A DNA stretch of 64,000 nucleotides from assembly GCA_951406725.2 (NCBI GenBank), contig OX597833.1, positions 33,046,001-33,110,000 on the forward strand, in the 5' to 3' direction. Positions 53,931 through 64,000 of the stretch are shown here, one piece after another. Source of the stretch: Octopus vulgaris (lineage: Eukaryota). Numbering within the stretch: position 1 is the stretch's first letter; every line of letters begins with the position of its first letter. The notes under the pieces were generated by a model that worked only from the letters and a program-made list of their open reading frames with translations, had not been told where the DNA came from and did no database searches. The position numbers were made by a program, and so were the translations under genes.

Positions 53931-54055
53931 TAATAGTAATGGTAAGACAACAAAAGAGTCAATGAGACCTTGATATACAAATAGAGGAATTTATCTGTAA
54001 TATATGTGACAATTATTACGCCAACCAAATAATTGCCACATATTATATTGCAGAT

Positions 54056-54120
<65 letters not shown>

Positions 54121-54140
54121 CATATACATACATACATATA

Positions 54141-54266
<126 letters not shown>

Positions 54267-54419
54267 GTAAAATAGAAAGATGAATAATCTTGTTGCAGAT
54301 TAATCAAAAGTTTAACCGATACCTTGGTAGCAAAAATCACGGCAGAAGAAAGCACGGTTGGAGATAAAACCTTTTGGTGTTGCAACCGTGCGTTGGTGCG
54401 GATAATTGAATTTTAGTAT

Positions 54420-54854
54420 TATTAGTGAATTGAAGAAATGGAGTTGAACGAAGATTGAAACGAATTCCTTTTATTGCATTCTACACATGTTTCAAAAGCC
54501 ACAATTTTCCAAATTCTGATTAAATAAGGATCCCATATTGTGGCTTTCTCTTCAGGAAAAAAATAGGAATTCCGTTGGCAGAACAAAACAGAACAGAGGC
54601 GCAGCAAAGCAATTTGAACGAGGCGGCTCTTTAAGAGCCCTGGGCTCTTAAAGAGCCGCCTCGTTCAAATTGCTTTGCTGCGCCTCTGTTCTGTTTTGTT
54701 CTGCCAACGGAATTCTATTTTTTCCTGAAGAGAAAGCCACAATATGGGATCCTTATTTAATCAGAATTTGGAAAATTGTGGCTTTTGAAACATGTGTAGA
54801 ATGCAATAAAAGGAATTCGTTTCAATCTTCGTTCAACTCCATTTCTTCAATTCA

Positions 54855-54860
<6 letters not shown>
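54420..54860. repeat. Near-perfect 440-bp palindrome (1-nt spacer at 54641) with an HHR-like motif in each arm
   Basis: Centre gagccc-t-gggctc. CTGAAGA (54725) - 12-bp stem II - GAAA-catg-T. Confidence 0.9.
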
Positions 54861-54895
<35 letters not shown>

Positions 54896-55020
54896 AACTT
54901 ATAAGTCATGGGCGCATGTAAGTATCTTATCTATATCCTTTCGTATGTTCTACTGAACAGGAAAGAATCTTTTATGAGATTAATTCCGAAATTGATTCAA
55001 TATAGAAATAATGAACTTTT

Positions 55021-55053
<33 letters not shown>

Positions 55054-55255
55054 CGTGTGTTTTTCTGTAGCGAGTAAATAATGTGGAAATTGACGATTTA
55101 ATAGTCTGTTATCAGCATATTGGCATTGAAATAATTTTCTTTAGCCCTTACTTATAAGTTGTTTATAATTTTAACCGTAAAGGTATTTTAATATGCTGCC
55201 ACAATTTTTGATGGAATTTTTTTCTGTAGAAAAAAAACTTTATCCTATATTAGTA

Positions 55256-55314
<59 letters not shown>

Positions 55315-55829
55315 TATATATATACATATATATATATGTATGTATGTATGTATGTATACATATATACATACATACATATATACATACATACATACATACA
55401 TATATATATACATACATATATATATATATACATACATACATATAGTTCAAATTTATAAAAATACACACACACACTCACAAACACACAAACACACACACAC
55501 ATTTATATATGTTGCTCAAATTTATAAAAAACAAAGACGAAAACAGGTATAGGAACAACAAGTAAGGGAATTTGTGTGTCACTGTGACCGAATAGTGTAT
55601 TATGTGTATAGTATATTATGTGAGCGAAAGTTATCGTTATCTATGCGTGTTGCGTGTGTATGTGTGTTTGTGCATACATTGTTTCTGTCAGGTATTATGT
55701 GCTTGTGTGGGTGTGGGAGCGTATATTATCTATGTTCAGATATTATGTGCTTGTGTGTTGTGAGAGTTTACATGATAGTGTGTGGTGTGTGTACTGAGTT
55801 AAATAGTCTGTGTGTCCCTTTTCAGCACA

Positions 55830-56345
55830 TGCCCAGCACTCTCTCCTAAATGTGAACCTTTTACTACCGTCCTGCCTTTGCTCTCTCTTCAGGCTGTAAC
55901 AATCTTGCATCTTGTGTCCTGGCTTCCCTTAGTGCCAACAATTTATTACCACCATCTCTTGCTCTTTCTTCATCAAACAGCTTTCTCTTTTATGTCCGAC
56001 CTTTTCGCAGTACTAACACTTTCCTGCTTCATGTACTTTCCCCTTCCTTGCTTTGAATTCGGAGCTGTAGTCCACCTGGAACATTCCTGCGTTAGACTTT
56101 ACATACGACTCAAATTCCAGAGCTCTAGCCAATGCCTCTTGCATAGTACTCGGCTGTGCTTGTTTCACTTGAACTTTGAGCTCTGCAGTGCCCAAAGCGT
56201 CGATAAGCTGCGATTTCAGAAGAGCCAATAGTTCCTGGGCAAGCTGTTGTAGTGATTCTCTTCTAGCCCTTACACTACACGGGTCCGAAATCGTACCGTG
56301 TACACTTCACTCAGGCACATAATGCCATATCTTCTCTCTAAAAGC
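55830..56345 (-). pseudogene. Ty3/Gypsy-like gag fragment
   Basis: LERRYG..RFRTR..ESLQQLAQE, IDAL..ELKVQVKQAQPSTMQEALARALEFES, and knuckle C*YCEKVGHKRESC. Confidence 0.65.
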
Positions 56346-58523
56346 AAGGGTATAATTAAAGTATAGTTTGGTTTTGAAATACCTCAGATATTTTGAATCA
56401 AAATCAATTTTAGGCGTTACTTATCAAATTTTGTCTATTTAAAGCTGCATAACTTGTTTCTATCTAATATCTTATGTACACAACATTAAGTAATTAATAA
56501 CAAGCGGGGAAAAAATCATGTTGTGTACATAAGATTAAACATACTTACAATAGGTATAAATGAATATAATAAAATGATAGTAAAAGAAACTCAGGGATAG
56601 GGCATATAAGAATCAGTGATAGAATGTGATATATTGGATATAAATAAAGAAATATAGATACATGTTAACATAATAAGAAATTGAATTATCCAATACAATC
56701 GAATAAGAAATATTATAGTGACATAGTACATTACCAACATGGTAAAAATATGAAAACAATAGTAGAACAACAAAGGAAATATTCTCCAATATAATTAAAT
56801 ATAGTTCAGCAAGAGTGAGATATATAACCAGATTAATAATCTCTGTAGGTGTCCTGAATCCTATCCATATAAATATATATATACGCATAATTGTCACGAT
56901 AAAATAAAATTTAAACCTGTGCTGGGGATATGATAGAAGTGATAAATTAAGGATAAAATGATAAAATGTTAAACAGACATGACTGATATTGTATCTATAC
57001 TATTAATTAGATATATATGCATACGATACAAACCCAACCTATCCATTAACATTAATAAATAAATAATATTATACTAGTAACAACCGTATAAATAAGTGAT
57101 AAAAAATAACAGTGTAGATAAAAACCAACACCATAAGAATAATATAGGCACATACCAAAATTAATATAATAATAAAAATATGAATAATAAGGACCAATAA
57201 GGATATAGAAGGGGATATACACGTTGAATAGGGTGGGATTGGTGGAGTAGAATAGAACGAAGACTTTAACCGTAAAACCAAAACACTTTCCTGCTTCATG
57301 TACTTTCCCCTTCCTTGCTTTGAATTCGGAGCTGTAGTCCACCTGGAACATTCCTGCGTTAGACTTTACATACGACTCAAATTCCAGAGCTCTAGCCAAT
57401 GCCTCTTGCATAGTACTCGGCTGTGCTTGTTTCACTTGAACTTTGAGCTCTGCAGTGCCCAAAGCGTCGATAAGCTGCGATTTCAGAAGAGCCAATAGTT
57501 CCTGGGGCTGTTGTAGTGATTCTCTTCTAGCCCTTACACTACACGGGTCCGAAATCAGTCAGGCACGCCATATCTTCTCTCTAAAAGCAAGGGTATAATT
57601 AAAGTATAGTTTGGTTTTGAAATACCTCAGATATTTTGAATCAAAATCAATTTTAGGCGTTACTTATCAAATTTTGTCTATTTAAAGCTGCATAACTTGT
57701 TTCTATCTAATATCTTATGTACACAACATTAAGTAATTAATAACAAGCGGGGAAAAAATCATGTTGTGTACATAAGATTAAACATACTTACAATAGGTAT
57801 AAATGAATATAATAAAATGATAGTAAAAGAAACTCAGGGATAGGGCATATAAGAATCAGTGATAGAATGTGATATATTGGATATAAATAAAGAAATATAG
57901 ATACATGTTAACATAATAAGAAATTGAATTATCCAATACAATCGAATAAGAAATATTATAGTGACATAGTACATTACCAACATGGTAAAAATATGAAAAC
58001 AATAGTAGAACAACAAAGGAAATATTCTCCAATATAATTAAATATAGTTCAGCAAGAGTGAGATATATAACCAGATTAATAATCTCTGTAGGTGTCCTGA
58101 ATCCTATCCATATAAATATATATATACGCATAATTGTCACGATAAAATAAAATTTAAACCTGTGCTGGGGATATGATAGAAGTGATAAATTAAGGATAAA
58201 ATGATAAAATGTTAAACAGACATGACTGATATTGTATCTATACTATTAATTAGATATATATGCATACGATACAAACCCAACCTATCCATTAACATTAATA
58301 AATAAATAATATTATACTAGTAACAACCGTATAAATAAGTGATAAAAAATAACAGTGTAGATAAAAACCAACACCATAAGAATAATATAGGCACATACCA
58401 AAATTAATATAATAATAAAAATATGAATAATAAGGACCAATAAGGATATAGAAGGGGATATACACGTTGAATAGGGTGGGATTGGTGGAGGAATAGAACG
58501 AAGACTTTAACCGTAAAACCAAA
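56016..58523. repeat. About 1.25-kb direct tandem duplication (56016-57281 / 57282-58523)
   Basis: Near-identical copies, with duplicate ORFs at 56613/57856 and 56591/57834. Confidence 0.92.
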
Positions 58524-58808
58524 ACCAGAATCGTAGCTGTGGCCAGTGCCCCCTGACTGGCTTCCGTGCCAGTCGCACGTAAAAAGCACTGTCCGGACGT
58601 GGCCGATGCCAGTGTCCCCTGACTGACCCCTGTGCTGGTGGCACATAAAAAACACCCACGACACTCTCGGAGTGGTTGGCGTTAGGAAGGGCATCCAGAT
58701 CAGATTGGAGCCTGGTGCAGCCTCTGGCTTTCCAGACCTCAGTCAAAGCGTCCAACCCATGCCAGCATAAAAAATGGACGTTAAACGATGATGATGATGG
58801 TTATGATG

Positions 58809-58810
<2 letters not shown>
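58524..58810 (+). mobile_element. SINE 3' part ending in (GAT)n (Meta-domain-like core)
   Basis: gtggttggcgttaggaagggcatccag...ccaacccatgccagcat..aa.ggacgttaaacgatgatgatg. Confidence 0.7.
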
Positions 58811-58860
<50 letters not shown>

Positions 58861-59153
58861 CAACACCACACCACACTACACCATACCACTCACACACCAG
58901 CACTGACCAATTCCCATCCTCACATTTTCACACCTACACATACACACTCGCACACGTCAAGACCACCAGCCTTCTTTCACACGCACATACATACTCTCTT
59001 ATACACACACGCACCCTCGTTTTGGGGGTCATCTTTACTTTGTTATCTCCCCTACTTCTTCGCCCCCTGTGTGACCCTTCTGTCTGGCAGTCGCCATGAT
59101 AGATCGGTAACCACTACACACATTTTTTTCTCTCCTTGTTTTTTTCTGTGTCC

Positions 59154-59189
59154 CTTTCTGTAGAAGGGCATAGGCTCGAAACGTAAAAG
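59154..59189 (+). ncRNA. HHR-like motif with CUGUnGAA core
   Basis: cttt-CTGTAGAA-gggc atag gctc-GAAA-cg-TA-aaag, followed by a short tail and (TA)n. Confidence 0.55.
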
Positions 59190-60469
59190 ACTTTTTCAAT
59201 CCCTGAGCGTTATATATATATATATATAAAGAGAGAGAGAAAGGTGGGAAGGGAGTGAGAAATATATATGTACACGTATGTATGCATATGAGATGTATAT
59301 GAGTATGCATGCATACATATATATGGGACTGTGGGTGGTATAGAATGAGAGAAAGAGAGAAAAAGAGTGAGAGCGAGAGAAGTTTCTTATCGAAAACCAC
59401 TTTCCATGCAATTAACATTTCTGGCATACTCAGCTATACAGTCAAATCACTTGCACGTATACGTACATACTTACATACACATACGAGCAAATATACATGC
59501 AGCCACTTAGCTAACTTGTGGAATATGTAAACAGTCAATCATTATATTTATCGAATACATTTCAGATGGAAAAAATGTTTTTAGCCTTAAACAAATCATT
59601 GTGTTTTAGTTTTTAAAAAATTCGCTACAAATTTTTCTGACTTTCAGTGAAACAATGAATCGTTTGCTAATTTTGCATAGCAGACTTAGACCCGTAAATA
59701 GAATTTTCTTCGAAGCAAGAAATGTTATATCTCATAAGAAAGGAAATCTCGAAAGTTACTCCTTACGTAAATTCCCAGTCATTAATCCGTTCCTATACAA
59801 ATTTTTTTTTTTTTTTTGCATAATCCTTCAAGTGTATGCAATTGAAAGGAATTATTCTTTATGCTATTCTCCAACAGAATTTCAAGATGATGCATTTCGA
59901 ATCTCCTCCTAAGCATGAACATATATAGTACTGAACATTGAAAATTTCTTTATACGCACATTGATATATTTATATAAATATTAATATCTATAGTAGATAA
60001 CACTGGGGAACAGGTTTTTTGTTGTCTGATGTTGGATGTCGGGGGTGCTGATTTCAAAAATGAAATCCATTCAAAAATGAAATCCATTTCAAAAATGAAA
60101 TCCATACGTCAAGATTTTACACAAACTGGGATGTCCATTTTACAACATTTCTGGTATTGTCATTATTTCTAAGGATAGGAACCCATGTATCGAGCTTGAC
60201 ATAACTTTGAAAACAGTTTTTTAATGTCATTTAAAGTAAATACAACTACAAAAGTGAAAACAAGAGTTATGATTTAAGTATCTTTAGTAAATAAAATGTA
60301 TCAAACTTGAGCAACTTCCAGTATTTTCAACCTAACCAGTTTCAAATATCATGATGATGACAGAACTATCCTTTATAAAATTAAATGTTAAGAAACAACA
60401 TATTTTGTTGCCTTTGACACCATACGTCTCATATTTGCAGAATTTATCTGCCGATATGCCCACGCTTTG

Positions 60470-61380
60470 CTTAATTTAGTGCGATTAATTAAGGACCTAG
60501 AGGAGGCGTTGAGGTTTGGCTCTGCATCTCACACTTTGGCAGCGAGAACGGCCTTAGACCGTCACCTCAAAACCAAACATGAAGGGTACAGAGTCCGGGC
60601 TAAAGTACGATCTTTTGGCCATGAGGGAATTAAAGTTGCCGGATGGGCCCGTTCGATAGAAACCTAGCGTGGCAATAATGCCACAATTAGATCTTTTCTT
60701 GATGCAGACGGGAGTTCGGTCGAAGGACAGGACGAGATATGCGAGGTGCTTCACAAGCACTTTGTCGAGTTGTTCGGGAGGGGCGGGACGCTGGATCATG
60801 GTGAGGCCCTTTGGGACTTCCTGTCTTGCGGCCCGCGTCTCTCGGCACGAGAAGCTGAGTGCTGTGAGGGGGCAATTACAGCCGAGTAGGTGATCAAGGT
60901 TCAAGGCGAATGTCCCGGGGAGAGGTCGACGGGTCTCGATGGTCTGCTCTATGAGTTTTATAAAATCATGCTCGACTTGTTCGGGCACCTGCTGGCCAGC
61001 GTTTATGCCAATCGGCAGCAGAATGGGAGAATTCCTAAGTTGAGGCGTACCCGAGCAAGGGGGATGAAATAGGAAATTTCAGGCCCATAACTCTGTTGAA
61101 CACAGAGTTAAAGATTTTGGCTAAGGTGCTAGCGAAAAGGTTGGTGCGGATCGTGGACGTACTTGTGGGGGAAGCGCAAACGTGCGCCATTCCGGGCAGG
61201 CCGATCCACGACAATCTCCATCTTATATATTTAGACCAGTATAACGCATTTGATAGGGTCGACCATTAGTACTTAGCAGCGATCATCGAGAAGGCTGGCT
61301 TGGGCCCAACCTTCTACAGTTGGATTGCTGCGTTGTACAGCGACATCGAGTCTGTTGTGAAAGTGAATGGTTTGTACGTC
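60470..61380 (+). mobile_element. Decayed internal fragment of an L1/Tx1-type ORF2
   Basis: LIKDLEEALRFGSA..HLKTKHEG.RVRAK and GLDGLLYEFYK.M.DLFGHLLA.VYAN match 30943-33372. Confidence 0.85.
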
Positions 61381-61597
61381 CTGGTTTGTCCACTCGTTGT
61401 AACGCCTTGATGGCGAAATTTATTTAAATAATGTAGCTTGCGTACCAGCCACATAGTTCCGAATTGGTCCCATTGCGTAGCACCTTGTGCAAGTGTCTTC
61501 TACTATAGCCTCGGGCCGACCGAAGACTTTTGAGTGGATATAGTAGACGGAAACTGAAAGAAGCCTCTCGTAAATATATATACATACATATATATAT

Positions 61598-61632
<35 letters not shown>

Positions 61633-61776
61633 AGAGATGATGGTGTTATTGAGACCCAAAGGTGTTAGGTAATGCTGAATAAGTGCTATAGAGAGACCAT
61701 AGTTAAGTTCCAGATTCGGTAATATTGCGAATAAAGGGTTCAACGTTGGTTCTATGTCAGAGTGTGTATATAAGAA

Positions 61777-61994
61777 TTTTTGCGTAATAAGATAAAAAAC
61801 CAAGGCTGTATAGATATTAGAGCATTTATAGATAGAAGGTCTTACAGCTGTTTCTAGGATATTAATTAATAATATCCCTTCATCAGAGGAAGGGATATTA
61901 TTAATTAATATCCTAGATACAGCTGTAAGACCTTCTATCTATAAATGCTATAATATCTATACAGCTTTGGTTTTTTTATCTTATTACGCAAAAA
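61777..61994. mobile_element. Fold-back PLE remnant with HHR at 61838-61889 (-)
   Basis: Arms at 61777-61881 and 61889-61994. Minus strand: ct-CTGATGA-agggatatt...aatatccta-GAAA-cagctg-TA-agacc. Confidence 0.8.
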
Positions 61995-63379
61995 CATTAT
62001 ATATATATATATATATATCAGGGTATGCATATATATACACATATGTCAGGTCACTTTCGAATGCTACTGGTAACATGTAACCCAGTACAACCTATTGCAT
62101 GGTCGGGTCATCGGCGTTTAAACCGGCAAACCCACCAAGCTTGCTTCGTGAGGAGGGTGTTTATTGGACACCCTGCGGGATGAAAAACAAAACCCGTCAA
62201 AGGGTATAGGAACAACAAAGTGGACCTATTCCACTACGTGGTACGTATTTCGCCTGCCACCGCAACGGAAACCAGATTGGCTAGACGCTTATCATTGAGT
62301 TTAGTGATATCTACTTAACTGTGCGTGTGAATGTGTGTGTATGTGTGTGCGTGCGCGCGTGTGCAGAAGACGACAAGTGTGGGTACAGAAGTATCTATAT
62401 GTGTACTTGCGCATATATGCTTTACTTTATTGTATATTTTGTTTTTTCCATTTATATTGTTTTTTATATTTTGTTATTTACTCACTGTCAGTGAATAATT
62501 ACTAAATACATGTAGACAACTGTTTATAATATTTCAACGGAATTTTCCCTTTGCCATTCCTGTGCAATGGTACAACCTGCAGTTACTAACAACATGGTGT
62601 ATTAAAACCGAGCAATGCAGGATTTATTTAACGAGACATCCCTTGTGAAATCACCTAACGAGACACTTCTCCATTGCGGAATACTCACAGAGTATTCCAC
62701 CCGCGAGAGATCGATGTAGGATGTGTGTGTATATATATATAAAAGAGGGCGCCGAACTAACAAGTCGAGTGTAAATATACCTCTCCGAAAAATTAGAAGA
62801 ACCTTCAAGAGATCGATGTTATCAGAAGTGAATTTTGTCTGTAAAGCAAATATAAGTGAAAGTACGACAAGACACTGTATTTGAGAAGAATATTTTTCGC
62901 TTTTGATGTAGTATATGCGACTAAAACATACTGCGCGAAGAACCGAACATATGTGCTAAAGCCACGTGTTTGAAAACCTCTGAAAAGCTACTTCCTGATA
63001 TCGAGTCGCTCAAATATTAAATTCGCAAGCTGATCAAAACATGAAAACAAACCATAAAATATTGCATCTACGAACATCAGAACTCTATTTTTTTTCTTTT
63101 GTTTACAAAATGCAAGTAAAGAATACGGGAGTATCGAAGAGCTGTCTTTTATATCTTTCTTTCTTCTAAAATAGAGTGAAGGTAAGTGTTCTCTCAACCA
63201 GAAGGTAAGAAAAAAAATTATTTATTATTATTAATAATCGACGATCTTACGGTTCTAAGATCACCTAATAATCCATAGTTATAATCACGATTATAGATTA
63301 CGCTATTTTTATTTTTAAATGCGCATCTGTTTGTATATAAATGCGTCCGTGATACAGTGTTTTCTTCTCTCAATCCTGA

Positions 63380-63990
63380 CTATCTGTGTAACCTGCCTTA
63401 CTCTTTCTATCTCTTTCTTACAATTCTCCCCTCCTTATCTGTCTCTCTCTCCCTCAGACCCTCTATTCTACTCTCTTATCTCTCTCTCTCCCTCTGTCTT
63501 TTTCTCTCTCTCCCTCTCTCTCTTTTACTCTCTCTCCCTCTATCTGCCTCTCTTCTCTCCGTTACTTATCAGGTCAAACCCCTTTCTCTCTTTTCCTCCT
63601 TCTGTCCCCTTACGTCATTCTCTACACAACCCTCCCTGTCCCTTTACTACATTCTCTTGCACCTCTATCCCGCCCCCTCTTTCCCTCTCCCCCTTTTCTT
63701 CCTACCTTTCCTCTCCCTGCTCCCTCTAAGGTTCACCCTCTTGTCTCTCTTTTTCTCTCTCTGTCTCCTTTCTCCACGCCACCCTGTCTATCCCTTTACT
63801 TCACTCTCTGGTACCTCTATCCCGCCCTCTCTCTCCCTCTCCATTTTTGTCTCTGCCTTTCCTCTCTCTGCTCCCCCTAAGGTCCATCCCCTTGTTTCTC
63901 TTCTCCTCCATGTCCCTTTACTTTTTTCTCTACCACACATCCAACCCGCTCACTCTCCCCCTGCTGACCTGCCATTCTTTCTCTCTTCTT
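63380..63990. repeat. CT-rich low-complexity tract
   Basis: Seen directly. Confidence 0.9.
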
Positions 63991-64000
63991 TCAGGTCAAT

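Overview
AT-rich, microsatellite-laden, repeat-saturated eukaryotic (metazoan) DNA. The SINE families suggest a cephalopod such as Octopus, but that is inference. No host gene exon could be supported. The window holds a near-intact Penelope-like element (Naiad-type RT + GIY-YIG, 12672-16772) and a near-intact L1/Tx1-clade LINE (29741-34916) nested in a Helitron-like repeat whose empty copy is also present. It also holds a TSD-flanked ORF1-only LINE relative (4717-6448), two Pif1-fragment Helitrons, decayed RTE, R4-like, Tc1/mariner and Gypsy pieces, and many SINEs. The most notable hidden layer is RNA structure. More than 15 minimal type I hammerhead ribozyme (HHR) motifs occur, including a 397-bp tandem retrozyme-like array with one HHR per unit, fold-back PLE remnants inserted in (TA)n, and non-canonical cores (G3-C8 swap, A.A at 10.1/11.1, U6). 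A second layer is a covarying 3' stem-loop (loop CUUGU) shared by the LINE, the ORF1-only element and two SINE tail types. All alignments and foldings were done by eye.
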